Assembly: GCA_951406725.2 (NCBI GenBank)
Contig: OX597820.1
Span: forward strand, 20,336,001 to 20,400,000
DNA from: Octopus vulgaris
Taxonomy: Eukaryota
Direction of reading: 5' to 3'
Length of the DNA: 64,000 nt
Part shown: positions 40,911 to 53,759 of the stretch, one piece after another
Position numbering within the stretch: the first letter of the stretch is position 1
Layout of the letters: every line of letters starts with the position of its first letter
Program-made: the position numbers and the translations under genes
The notes under the pieces: model-generated
Databases searched by the model: none
Told to the model about the DNA's origin: nothing
The model's input: only the letters and a program-made list of their open reading frames with translations

Positions 40911-41073
40911 CGACGGGTTTCTTTCAGTTTCCGTCTTCCAAATCCACTCACAAAGCTTTGGTCGGCCCGAGGCTATAACAGAAGACACTTGCCCAAAGTG
41001 CCACGCAGTAGGACTGAACCCGGAACCATGTGGTTGGTAAGCAAGCTACTTACCACACAGCCACTCCTGCGCC
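40653..41073 (-). mobile_element. Family A SINE, near full length
   Basis: (ctctttta)2 tail, internal (CA)n(TA)n, head ccactcctgcgcc. Confidence 0.92.
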
Positions 41074-41129
41074 TAAAAGTATCTACTTAAAATAATCTAA
41101 TAATTATTATACTTATTTTGTAGTCGCAT

Positions 41130-41930
41130 GCAAAAGCTTGGTTTTGGGTTCAGTCCCATTGCGTGGCATCAAGGGGAAGTATTTTCAACTACGTATAGCT
41201 ACCGGCCAATTAATGTCTTGTGAGCGAATTTGGTTGACGGAAACTATATGGAAGCACGCCATATATGTATGTGCATTTATGTATGTTTGTTTTTCTGTTT
41301 GTCTCTCACCGTTCGACAACTGCTGTCTTCTTCTTCTTCTTCTTTCACTCATGCCATTAGAAACAAAGAATAATCTCTAATTTGGGCCTACTCTAAGCTG
41401 CTAAGAATGCGTCTGGCAACTTGAAGATCCGCCACCACATTCGATAGACTGGCGGTTGCACGGGCGCGAAAGCTACGTTGTTATCCTCATTCCGTAAACG
41501 GTGGCTTTTAACGGGTGGAGAGCTGAACCATCCTGGGGTACAGAGGATTCGCAATTTAAACTAGGGTCTGCAAGTTTACCACACCATAGTGGGTTACACC
41601 ATGGTTCCTCTGCTTTTTGGCAGAAGTAGGGAGAAAGAGTGAGAGAAAGTTGTGGTGAAAGAGTACAGCGGGGTTCACCCCCTCCCCCTCCACCGCCGGA
41701 GCCTCGTGGAGCTTAGGTATTTTTGCTCAATAAACACTCACAATGCCCGGTCTGGGAATCGAAACCACAACTGCTGTTGGTTTGTTTGCGTCCCTTAAAC
41801 ACAGCAGTTCAGCCGAAAGAAAGCGGTGCAATATATACTAGACTTAGAATAAGTATTGGCACCGATTTGATCGACTAAAGCGGTGCTCCAGCTTGGCCGC
41901 TATCTAATAAGTGAATCAAGCAGATAATAG
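41130..41930 (+). mobile_element. Decayed family A SINE interrupted by minus-strand inserts, including a family C 5' fragment (about 41620-41770)
   Basis: Family A halves at 41130-41325 and 41770-41930. The insert starts with (TTC)n and ends gcccggtctgggaatcgaaacc. Confidence 0.55.
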
Positions 41931-42256
41931 GAATATCCGCATCCAGTGCAAACATAGGTTCCAGGCACTGTTATCACCCTATAACAGTGATTACTAACTC
42001 GGACAGCAACACCCTTCAGGGCTTGTTAGACACTTGCCCAAGGTGCCACGCAGTTGCACTGAACCCGGAACCATGTGGTTAGTAAGTAAGCTTCTTACCA
42101 CACAGCCACTCCTGTATCTATAAAGCTACTCCTGCGCCTATGTCTTAGAAATGAATATTTAAACAATGCACAATACATATGCCTTAAATATATTTTCCAA
42201 AAGAAAAAATATGCCGTGTCGGGATTAAAATACTGATGAACAATGCACTAAACTTC

Positions 42257-42539
42257 TAGTGGTTCCCAAAGTGGGCAGAATAGCCTCCAACTCTTGGGGT
42301 TGTGGAAAGTTCCAAAAGGCGTTGAAGAAAAGCGGGACGATAATGGGATAGCGATTCATGTAAAAACAAAAAAAATAATGGGTTTGTTAGGTTAAGTTAT
42401 ATTTGTGAAATACAGTAGCGTTGAATAATCTGCTTCAGAAAGGGGTCTATGTTTGTGACAGTTACTTGGGGGTGGGGGCATTAGGAATGTGGCCTGGGTG
42501 TCAAAGGGGCGGCAACTCGAAAAAGTTTGGGAACCACTG
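42257..42539. mobile_element. hAT (Charlie-like) MITE
   Basis: TIRs tagtggttcccaaa / tttgggaaccactg. No clear TSD left. Confidence 0.65.
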
Positions 42540-42588
42540 TTCAATATATGATTTATTATTATTATTTTTTTTAATGTATAAGTCCTTG

Positions 42589-42965
42589 AAGGCGGCGAGC
42601 TGGCAGAATCGTTAGCACGCCGGGGCGAAATGCTTAGCGGTATTTCGTCTGAGTTCAAATTCCGCCGAGGTCGACTTTGCCTTTCATCCTTTCGGGGTTG
42701 ACTAAATAAGTACCAGTTACGCACTGGGGTCGATATAATTGACTTAATCCGTTTGTCTGTCCTTGTTTGTCCTTTCTGTGTTTAGTCCCTTGTGGGTAGT
42801 AAAGAAATAGGTATTTCGTCTGTCTTTACATTCTGACTTCAAATTTGCCGGGGTCGACTTTGCCTTTCGTCCTTTCGGGGTCGATAAAATAAGTATTGGG
42901 GTTGATCTAATCGACTGGCCCCCTCCCCCAAAATCTCAGGCTTTGTACCTAGAGTAGAAAAGACT
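42589..42965 (+). mobile_element. Family B dimeric SINE (second unit with B2 tail)
   Basis: Junction aaagaaata|ggtatttcg at 42809/42810. Confidence 0.88.
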
Positions 42966-42979
42966 AATTATGTCATTGT

Positions 42980-43195
42980 TAAAGCAGCTAGCTGGCCGAA
43001 TCGTTAGCACGCTGGAAAAAAATGCATGCAGCATTTCGTCCATCTTTATGTACTGAGTTCAAATTCCAGCGAGGTCGACTTTGATTTTCCTTCTTTCGGG
43101 GTCGATAAAACAAATACCAATTGAGACCTGGGATCGATGTGACCGACTTACCTCCTCCCCCGAACTTGTTAGCCTATTGCCAAAATTTGAAACCA
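42980..43195 (+). mobile_element. Family B SINE, older, B2-type tail
   Basis: gctggccgaatcgttagcacg head and gaggtcgactttg domain. Confidence 0.75.
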
Positions 43196-43320
43196 CTTTA
43201 AAGTTCTTGAAACCAATTTATAAGTTTAAGGAAACTTCATGAAAATCTGACTCGAGGGCACTAATCCACGTATGTATAAAAAGCACACGTTGGATAGGAT
43301 AATAGAACATAAACCAGAAC

Positions 43321-43553
43321 AAGGCGGCGAGCTGGCAGAAACGTTTGCACGCCGGGCGAAATGCCTCGCGATATTTCGTCTGCCGCTACGTTCTGAGTTC
43401 AAATTCTGCCGAGGTCGACTTTGCCTGTCATCCTTTCGGGGTCGATAAATTAAGTACCAGTTACGCACTGGGGTCGATATAATCGACTTAATCCCTTTGT
43501 CTGTCCTTGTCTGTCCCCTCTATGTTTAGCCCCTTGTGAGCAGTAAAGAAATA
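43321..43553 (+). mobile_element. Family B SINE monomer
   Basis: 16-bp TSD agaacataaaccagaa at 43304-19 and 43554-69. Confidence 0.93.
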
Positions 43554-43913
43554 AGAACATAAACCAGAATGCAAAATTAACGTCTTTTTTTTTTGTCTGA
43601 AATGATCTACTTTCTTCTTTTACCAAAACAACACAGGAAAGAGGCTTTTGTAAAACGCTCTTCTGACAAAGAAGAGACAACGAGCTACGACAAGCCAAGA
43701 CCCATTAGTTTATGTTATTGAATAGTGTTAATAGTAAAGTATCACAACTTATTAAGGCCATTCAAATAACACTTGATGAAGTGCATGCAACTAAAAACTC
43801 ATGTCAGTTGTTGTTAATTGTGTTAGTAAGGCTTCTACTTGTATTTGTTTACAAACATACGAACTGAGTCAGTGAATGCGACGAGTCAAAAGCTGTAAGA
43901 AATGGTTGCAGGT

Positions 43914-44327
43914 AAGGCGGCGAGCTGGCAGAAACGTTAGCACGCCGGGCGAAATGCTTAGCGGTATTTCGTCTGCCTTACGTTCTGGGTTCAAATTCCG
44001 CCGAGGTCGACTTTGCTTTTCATCCTTTCGGAGTCAATAAATTAAGTACCAGCTACGCACTGGGGTCGATATAATCGACTTTATCCGTTTGTCTGTCCTT
44101 GTTTGTTCCCTCTGTGTTTAGCCCCTTGTGGGTAATAAAGAAATAGGTATTTCGTCTGCCGTTACGTTCTGAGTTCAAATTCCGCCAAGGTCAACTTTGC
44201 CTTTCACCCTTTAGGGGTCGATAAATTAAGTTCCAGTTACGCACTGGGGTCGATGTAATCGACTTAATCCGTTTGTCTGTCCTTGTTTGTCCTCTCTATG
44301 TTTAGCCCCTTGTGGGCAACAAAGAAA
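43914..44327 (+). mobile_element. Family B dimeric SINE
   Basis: Junction at 44145/44146. 18-bp TSD taagaaatggttgcaggt at 43896-913 and 44328-45. Confidence 0.93.
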
Positions 44328-44399
44328 TAAGAAATGGTTGCAGGTCCCGTAACTTGATAACATCTTAACCAGTGAACAAAAGATTTTAGTCTCATTGTA

Positions 44400-44770
44400 C
44401 GCGTGGCTGTGTGGTAAGACGTTTGCGTACCAGCCACGTGGTTCCAGGTTCACTTCCACTACATGGCACCTCGGTCAAGTGTCTTCTAGTATAACCTCAG
44501 GCCTACCAAAGAATTGTGAGTGGGTTTGGTTGATAGAAACTGAAAGAAGCGCGTCGCGCGCGTGTCAGTGTTTGTCCCCCACACCGCCACCGCTTTACAA
44601 CTATTGCTGGAGTGTTTACGCCACCGTAACTTAGCGGTTCGGCAAAACAGATCGATAGATTTAGTACCAGGCTTTAAAATAAGTTCTGAGGTCGATTCGG
44701 TCCACTAAAATTCTTCATGGCGGTGCCCCAGCGTGGCCGCAGTCTAATGACCGAAACAAATAAATGATAA
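44400..44770 (+). mobile_element. Family A SINE, older, microsatellite collapsed
   Basis: All modules present. Internal tract is gcgtcgcgcgcgtgt. Confidence 0.8.
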
Positions 44771-44966
44771 AAAAACATGAGAAATGTTTTAAAAATCTGA
44801 TAGTCGAAACTTTGTTTTGTTTCTGGAAGATTTTTATAAATCGAAATCATTGATATTGAAAATTAAAATCAACCAGAATCTTAGTCAGAAGCTATTAATA
44901 GTTAGGTAACAGAATTAATTTTTCAAGATACTTAGCTATACTTATACTAAAATATTTACTATAAAA

Positions 44967-45127
44967 GCGCAGGAGTGGCTGTGTGGTAATAAGCTTGCTT
45001 CCCAACCACATGGTTCCGGGTTCAGTCCTGCTGCGTGGCGCCTTGGGCAAGTGTCTTCTGCTATAGCCTCGGGTCGACCAAAGCCTTGTGAGTGGATTTA
45101 CGAAACGGAAACTGAAAGAAGCCCGTC

Positions 45128-45158
<31 letters not shown>

Positions 45159-45364
45159 ATCCAAATATGAAAACACAGAGAAGACAACGCGAGGACGTGG
45201 AACAAGTATAGTGTTATTGGACGCTCAGGAAAGGAATGAAAGGAGGAGGATTTAACGTTTCGAGTGGAGCTCTTCATCAGAAACATGGGAAAGGGACAGA
45301 TCTAAGGAGGGGAAGACGGAGGAAAAATATCGCCAACCACACACACACGGTCACACATATATAC

Positions 45365-45400
<36 letters not shown>

Positions 45401-45563
45401 ATGTGTGTGTGTTTATGTGCTTGTGTGTCTGTATTTGAACCCCCACCATCGATTGACAATCGATGTTGGTGTGTTTACGTCCCCGTAATTTAGTGGTTCG
45501 GCAAAAAAGAGCGATAGAATAAGCACTAGTCTTACAAATAATAAGTCCTGGGGTTGATTTGTT
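44967..45563 (+). mobile_element. Family A SINE with a P1 element nested in its (TA)n
   Basis: 5' half to 45128, insert 45155-45356, then (TG)n and 3' half. Confidence 0.85.
45155..45356 (-). mobile_element. Short hammerhead-bearing element, family P1, intact core
   Basis: Minus strand GTTT-CTGATGA(45280-74)-A-GAGctccaCTC-GAAACGTT-AAAT. Same left boundary (gttaatccaaa) as 1476. Confidence 0.72.
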
Positions 45564-45605
45564 TGAGAAGAGAGAGAGAGAGAGAGAGACAGACAGAGAG
45601 AAAGG

Positions 45606-45660
<55 letters not shown>

Positions 45661-45831
45661 GTACCGATAGGCGCTGGCATAGCTGCGTGGTTTAGAAGCC
45701 CACTTTGCAACCACGTGGTTTTCGGTTCGGTCCCACTGTGCGGCACATTGGGCAAATATCTTCTGCTATTAACCCCAGATCGTCCAATAATTTGCGAATC
45801 TGGTAAAAGGAAAGTGTGTGGAATCTCGTCG

Positions 45832-45882
<51 letters not shown>

Positions 45883-45883
<1 letters not shown>

Positions 45884-47100
45884 CTACTACATATGTGGGA
45901 AATTCTGTTTGTAGTTGTGCTTGTTTGTGGAGTTGTTAGTTAACTCCTCTTACATCGTTTCATCGATTTTGGTGAAACTTGACACATAAGTAAAACTCAT
46001 GTCTGGAAATCTTGTGATATACTTAGATTGTTGAAAAAGAATCGATAATAGGGTCCCTGGAAGGGATTCTTATATCTACTACATACAACTTATATATTTT
46101 ATTTAAACACCCAAGGGAAATAACCCATAGCACCTCCACTTACAATTGTCAGTTTTCAGCGAAGTGATCAATAGTTGATTCTCATGATCAGTGGACCTAA
46201 TTCTGCATTTCACTTCTTATGGTTTTGAACTGCTCAACCTTATTATAGCACTTTCTTGATTTGAATCTTAAACTTTAAAACCTTCATTTATACATTTATG
46301 TACATACATACTTTTTTGCGTTTGTATATACTACATTTATATATTAACTTTAATAAATTGACCTTGATAAATTTAACCTTTAAAATTCCACGACGAGTAA
46401 GAGTAAGACTGGGTACTTCTACTTCACAAGCAGCTCTAATGCGACAACGGCGATCTCAAGTAAGTCTCTGACTCATTATGTATGATATTTACTAAATCAA
46501 GCAATTATACTTTGTCTAGTCTACTTCAATACCTAAACAGTTATATACATATTGCTGTAATTAATTTATACATTGCATTAATAGACATGTTTTCAACATC
46601 TCCAAATAACTAAAAGCTGGCAATGCATGCAGGGTTTTCAATTAAATTTGATAACACTTTGACTGCTCATAACTCCGATAATTCTGAATTATTCCAGTTA
46701 AACTTTCTCTATGACAGTAGATAAAATTTTAATTCCAGAACGTATTTAATAAGTGTGTTCCAATCCTGCTTTTTCTCACGGACAGTTCTATATCGGATGC
46801 TCTAGAGTTGGAAATCCGGAAAATTTATTCATCTATGCACCCAACAGCAAAACCAAAAACATTGTGTATCACGAAGTCCCGCGAAACTGGAATTTTGGAA
46901 CGAAGATGCTTATCCCTCCGACAACCTCTCTCTCCAACCTCGAAAAATCATTATCATTGACCTCCGATAATCTCTCCCTTCTCCAGCTGACATTTTTGGT
47001 ACTTTTTCGCAACGGAAAATACACCTTTTGTGGCAGTTATAACGAAATTGATTTTTTTTATATCAAAGTATTAAGGTGTTTAAATAGAACATCTTTATGT
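45883..47100 (+). mobile_element. Internally deleted Helitron with RepHel remnants (3' end not located)
   Basis: 5' A|TCTACTACATAT and a helicase C-terminal motif at 46753-46880. Right boundary approximate. Confidence 0.6.
46753..46880 (+). pseudogene. Helitron Pif1-family helicase C-terminal fragment
   Basis: NPAFSHGQFYIGCSRVGNPENLFIYAPNSKTKNIVYHEV matches the FSHGQLYVAxSRV...TxNIVYxEV RepHel terminus. Confidence 0.85.
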
Positions 47101-47159
47101 TTTAATAGAACACATACACACGCACACACATATATATATACATATGATTATATTGGTAT

Positions 47160-47350
47160 AAGACGTCAACAACAGTAAACAACATGAAATACGAAAGCAA
47201 ATGCGTTCAATACGCAAACATCGAGAGAAACAAATGGAAAGCAGGAAAGCAACAAAAACGACCCTTCACCAGTTGTCGGGTGTCTATTTACTCATTTCGA
47301 GCATTGAACGGCAATATGAGTCTTCGAAGACAGTTGATCCCATAAGTACC
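47160..47350 (-). mobile_element. Family P3 repeat
   Basis: Reverse complement aligns to 16370-16560. Confidence 0.6.
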
Positions 47351-47356
47351 AAAATA

Positions 47357-47407
<51 letters not shown>

Positions 47408-47510
47408 TGTATGTATGTATGTATGTATGTATGTATGTATGTATATATATGTGTATATAAATGTATATATATGAATATATATATAAATATAAATACGTAT
47501 ATAAATATAA

Positions 47511-47558
<48 letters not shown>

Positions 47559-47617
47559 GTCTGTTTATCTATCTCTATATGTTTGTGTGTGTAAATATAT
47601 ATATATATATAAATATA

Positions 47618-48578
47618 CAGGGTCGGACAAAATAATGGAAACACCTAGCATCATAGCATCATAAGTTTTAAATATCTATAAAACCGTCAAAAGCCTGTTG
47701 ATTTTTATGTTTTTTTGATTCATTATTATTGTTGCTTGTTATTTTTTTCTAAAATTGCCTTTCTTTTCAGATATCTTCAGAAAAAATTAAATTTAATTAA
47801 ACTGACAGATCTATCGGACTTTCAAGGATGTCAAATTTTTGTTGCTCGTATGGCTAGCGTAACGAAAACAGTCGAAATGTTTGGCGTATCAAGAAGTACA
47901 GTCTCGATAGTAATGGCAGCCTTTGAGAAAGAAGGAAAAACCTCCTCGACGAAATAAAATTCCGGCAGAAATCCAAAACTTTCAAATAGGGACCGCCGGT
48001 GTCTTACGCGAATCGTTAGAAAGGATCACATAAGTATAGCTCCCCAAATTATTGCAGATCTTAACGACCACCTCAAGAACCCAGTTTCTACAAAAACTGT
48101 TCGCCGGGAGCTGCACAAAGCTGGAATTCACGGGAGGGTTGCAATCAGAAAGCCACTACTTTCAAAAACAAAGGTTGCAAAAGTGTTTAGAGGGGAGTAT
48201 AAACCGACATAATTGGTCCCCAGAGCAGTGAAAAAATATTATTTTCTCGGTCGAATCATCTTTTACCCTATTTCCGACCACCGACCGAGTATACGCGTGG
48301 AGACAGCCAAAAGAAGTATTTGACCTAGACTGCCTTCTTCATGGCAGAATTAATAGTCAATACTATTTAAGCATTTTATCTGATTAAATTCATCCTATGG
48401 TTGCGGAACTGTCTCCTTAGCGAAGTGTATGATAATGCACCATTTCATACAGCTAAATTTGTTACTGAATGGCACGAGGAACATTGTAGTGAAGTTGAAC
48501 ATCTTATCTGGCTATCACAGTCCCCAGATCTCAATGTTATTGAACATTTATTGTGCATTTTAGAAAAACAGTAAGGAG

Positions 48579-48583
<5 letters not shown>
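47618..48583 (+). mobile_element. Decayed Tc1-family DNA transposon (left TIR plus transposase, right end lost)
   Basis: TA|cagggtcggacaaaataatggaaacac start followed by transposase remnants. Confidence 0.88.
47802..48580 (+). pseudogene. Tc1 DD34E transposase pseudogene
   Basis: DLSDFQ...FGVSRSTVS (HTH), SGRNPKLSNRDRR, VSTKTVRRELHKAG, IIFSVES (FSDES), DNAPFHTA, WLSQSPDLNVIEHL. Stops, frameshifts and internal deletions. Confidence 0.9.
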
Positions 48584-48620
<37 letters not shown>

Positions 48621-49735
48621 GCGTGATAGGTAGATAGATAAATGTTCACACAATGTCTATCTGTGTGTGTTTTTATGTCTGTACTGCCTCTGTTAGGAAC
48701 TCGTGTTAATTTGTTTACTCGCAACATAGCGGTTCAGCAAAAAGACTGATAAAATAAGTACCACACTTTAACAAAACAGCAAAACAAAACAAAAACAAAA
48801 AAAGAAAACAAAGCAAAAAAAAATAAAAGTATGTATTGGGGGTCAATTTGTTCGATGCAAATTCTTCATGCCAGTGCCCTCAGCATGGCTGCAGTCCAAT
48901 GACTGAAACAAATCTCGCATTTATTCCATCTCCACTACCAACAACATCCCCACCCCGTCAAACAACAGCTACAACAACACCACCACCACCACCACCACCA
49001 ACAACAACAACAACTACCACCACAACAACGATAACAACAATTCATGTTTCATGTAAGTGTAAGGAACGGTTACTTCTATAATGAAATCGTAGTCGTAGAT
49101 TTTACGAAAGCTTCTGGTAAACTGACCGGTTTCATTTCTCGTCGGAAGGCTATTTCACTTAAGGATACTAAAGTGGTTGGAAAACGTTGTGACTGCTTTC
49201 AATTTGATCAGCTTTCAAACCGTTGCGAGAAACAATTATTTACTGCATGATAACATTAAGTGGTTGTTTTATCATATTTCACGAAGTTCGTCGGTTCACC
49301 GTTCTAAGCTAAAATTCAGCCTGGAGTAGATAGATAGATAGGTAGGACATTTAGCTGTTTCATGTTTTTCTGCGATTTGTAACACAAACTCACCCACTCG
49401 CTGTCATTCGCTTGTTTTCTGTCACTCTCTCTCTCTCTCAGACACACACAAAGACAAACGCACACCAACATAGAAACATACACACACTAACACATTCAGA
49501 AACACACACATGAACGCAAATGCACACACACACACACACATGGAACTAGACACAAAACACACACACACACTGACGTACTTTCACAAGCATACACTCACGC
49601 AAGACACATACATACAAACACATTCACAGGCAAACACGCGCAAAAGACACATACACAAAACACACACGTACCCTGACACACACACTCATGCACACACAAA
49701 ACACACTCAAACATATACAGACTTGCATACACATA

Positions 49736-50131
49736 GGCGCAAGAGTGGCTGTATGGTAAGTAGCTTGCTTACTAACCACATGGTTCCGGGTTCAGTCCCA
49801 CTGCGTGGCACCTTGGGCAAGTGTCTTTTACTATAGCCTCAGGCCGACCAAAGCCTTGTGAGTGGATTTGGTAGACGGAAACTGAAAGAAGCCCGTCGGT
49901 ATATATATATGTGTATGAATATGTTTGTGTGTCTGTGCTTGTCCCCCCAACATCGCTTGACAACCGATGCTGGTGTATTTACGTCCCCGTGTCTTAGCGG
50001 TTCGGCATAAGACCCCGATAGAATAAGTATTAGGCTTACAAAGGATAAGTCATGGGGTCTATTTGCTGGACTAAAGGCGGTGCTCCAGATGGCCGCTGTC
50101 AAATGACTGAAACAAATAAAAGAATAAAAGA
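49736..50131 (+). mobile_element. Family A SINE, full length
   Basis: Near consensus. Confidence 0.92.
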
Positions 50132-50399
50132 AAAAGAAAGAAAACACGCGCGCGCACGCACACAGACACTCACGCAGACACACACACACACACACACACA
50201 CAACACACACACACACTTATTCAAAATATTTTTACTCATTCCAGTGTCTGGGTTGTACATTTACTGCGAACTGCCTAGTATAATTTTAGCGCGAAAATAT
50301 CGGCCCGACCCTGGTACGTATCCCAGACTGATGCTGTTTGATATCGATTGACGTACAATCGCAAATTGGCATGCCATTTTACACTATTGTATACAAATA

Positions 50400-50804
50400 G
50401 ACGTAGGAGTGGCTGTGTGGTAAGTTGCTTGCTTACCAGCCACATGGTTCTGGGTTCAGTCCCGCTGCGTGGCACACTGGGCAAGTGTCTTCTACTATAG
50501 CCTCGGGCCGAATAAAGCCTTGTGGGTGGATTTGGTAGACAGAAACTAAAAGACGTCCGTCGTATATATGTGTATATATATGTATATATGTGTATGTATA
50601 TATGTTTGCGTGTCTGTGTTTGTTCTTCCAACATCGCTTGACAACCGATACTGGTGTTTACGTTCCCGTAACTTAGCGGTTCGGCAGAAGAGAACGATAT
50701 AATAAGTACTAGGCTTACAAAGAATAAGTCCTGGAGTCGATTTGCTCGACTAAAAGCGGTGCTCCAGCATGGCCACAGTCAAATGACTGATACAAGTAAG
50801 GAAT
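50400..50804 (+). mobile_element. Family A SINE, full length
   Basis: Near consensus. Confidence 0.92.
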
Positions 50805-51267
50805 AATAACAACAGCCGTAATAAAATTGGAAGTATGCCAAAAATTCTTAGTGTGCCAAAATTCTTTACAGAATGCACTTATCAATTGTCATACATAACT
50901 TCGTAAATATGACATAAAAAGCATGAAATATTCTCAGAGAATTTTAAAATCATATTTATTGTATATTTACTTATTTTATATTACATTTATTTTACAGAAT
51001 TTAGGAATTGAAAAAAGTTTTATCACTGTCTACATTTATGTTGTGATAAACCCGTGAAAATATGTACTATAAAAAGATAGAAAGCCTACCATTCCCGTTT
51101 ATGCACAAATCAAACTATACAAACTCTTTTACAACGGTGATGGTCTTATAACACACAGTAATCTGCATTCATCATTCAGATATCACAAATGATATTCGTA
51201 AACGAATCGCAAACGCTGAGACATTATACACCAAATGATATCTTTCAAACTAGCAACACGCAATACA

Positions 51268-51662
51268 TCTTTATACATAAAAGTGAAGTTGTGTGTCTGT
51301 CTCCTACGATTTAGATTCCTAACTACTCCCACATTTTGCGGTGCAGTGTAACCAAAAGCGGGTATCTTATAGTCGTGATTCATATCGAGCCCTTCTGGGT
51401 ATTAGCGCGCGTCTACGATGAGTCTACGATTTAAAAAAATTTACCATCATTTTTTTCCATTTTAATGCATTTTTTCGCTATTATATAAGGGAAGTAACTC
51501 TCTAAAAATGTCTACGATGGGTCAATGATTTAAAAAAAATTTACCATCATTTTTTTTCCATTTTTAATGCATTTTTTTGCTATTTTTTGGCTATAACTCT
51601 CTAAAAATGCTTATATAGTTATTTCCCTTACAAACCCGAGCAACGCCGGGCGATACTGCTAG
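51268..51662 (+). mobile_element. Non-autonomous Helitron (same family as 18362-18758)
   Basis: A|TCTTTATACATAAAAG ... cccgagcaacgccgggcgatactgCTAG|T. Confidence 0.92.
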
Positions 51663-51994
51663 TGAAATATAAAAGACGTATACATATCACCATTAATCTC
51701 CTCAGCTATGTTACAAGATTACGTGCTCCAGGTACGGAACTTTAATACTTTTATGGAAGAAATGTTCAACATGTACACGATACTTCTTGGCTTTCTGCGT
51801 TTTCCTCCGTATCTACAAATGAACGTGAGTGGCGAGCTACGATGTCTTCCACATTTAAACGACCGATGTTCAAAGCGGCTTTCAAATTGCTGTTTAAGTG
51901 TTTTTTTTTTTGTTCTCCTTCCAAACGCTATACATGTTGTAGTCCGAACTATAAACACAATGTTATACAGACATGAATAGAACTCCAACATACA

Positions 51995-52424
51995 GGGCGG
52001 GAAGCTGGCAGAAACGTTAGCACGCCGGGCGAAATGCTTAGCGGTATTTCGTCTGCCGTTACGTTCTGAGTTCAAATTCTAAAGAGGTCGACTTTGCCTT
52101 TCATCCTTTCGGGGTCAATTGAATAAGTACCAGTTACGCACTGGGGTCGATATAATCTACTTAATCCGTTTGTCTGTCCTTGTTTGTCCTCTCTGTGTTT
52201 AGCCCCTTGTAGGTAGTAAAGAAATAGGTATTTCGTCTGCCGCTACTTTCTGAGTTCAAATTCTGCCGAGGTCGACTTTGCCTTTCATCCTTTCGGGGTC
52301 GATAAATTAAGTACCAGTTTCGCACTGGGGTCGATATAATCGACTTAATCCGTTTGTCTGTCCTTGTTTGTCCCCCTCTGTGTGTAGCCCCTTGTGGGCA
52401 GTACAGAAATAAGAAATAAGAATA
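51995..52424 (+). mobile_element. Family B dimeric SINE
   Basis: Junction at 52226/52227. Imperfect TSD agaactccaacataca (51979-94) / agaactgaaacataca (52425-40). Confidence 0.9.
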
Positions 52425-52842
52425 AGAACTGAAACATACATATGTAGAGAACTACATACACTCACACATACACACTTAATAAAAAAAAATAACAGATACA
52501 CATACATACACAAATATATGTATAATTTCGTGCATGGACACACATACAAGTGTGAGTGCATGAGTCTGCGTGTGTGTATACGTGTGTTATGTACCTTTTT
52601 ATTCGTTCACTACACTATGGGATCACGCACATGAATGTACATAATGCAACTTCACAGATAAACACACACACACACACGTCCGTGCAAACATGTATGTATG
52701 CATAAATATACATACATACATACATACATACATACATACATGCAAAAATAGCTTGAGTAGATTTATAAGGCAAAATGTGCATAAACAGACGATCAATGTA
52801 TGGAGTCGGACAAGCGAAGGAATGCGACTGAAAAAAGGAATA

Positions 52843-53165
52843 TATGGAAGCACTCCGTCGGTTACGACGACGAGGGTTCCGGTTGATCCGATCAACGGAA
52901 CAGCCTGCTCGTGAAATTAAAGTGTAAGTGGCTGAGCACTCCACAGACACGTGTACCCTTAACGTAGTTCCCGGGGATATTCAGCATGACACAGAGAGTG
53001 ACAAGGCCAGCCCTTTGAAATACAGGTACAACAGAAACAGGAAGAAAGAGTGAGAGAAATTTGTGGTGAAAGAGTACAGCAGGGATCACCACCATCCCCT
53101 GCCGGAGCCTCGTGGAGCTTTAGGTGTTTTCGCTCAATAAACACTCACAACGCCCGGTCTGGGAA
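52843..53165 (-). mobile_element. Family C SINE, 5'-truncated in the B box
   Basis: Near-identical to 59045-59370. 14-bp TSD tgaaaaaaggaata at 52829-42 and 53166-79. Confidence 0.92.
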
Positions 53166-53229
53166 TGAAAAAAGGAATAGAAGACAAGAATAGAAAGATC
53201 ATAGAAGTGTACAATGAAGATGAATGCAT

Positions 53230-53551
<322 letters not shown>

Positions 53552-53759
53552 CAACAACAACAATATGTATGCATATACGTATGTATGTATACATGCTGAT
53601 AATATTGGTTTGGCTGAGGTTTCAAGTTTTACCTTTAACAGATGAGCCCTTAAAGGCAAAACCGGAAGCCCCAGTCAAATCAGTGCTGACCATAAATTTT
53701 ACTGTACTAAATGCATAGAGTCCCACCAGCAAATAATGTAATGTCGTTTTCTCTAAGTT

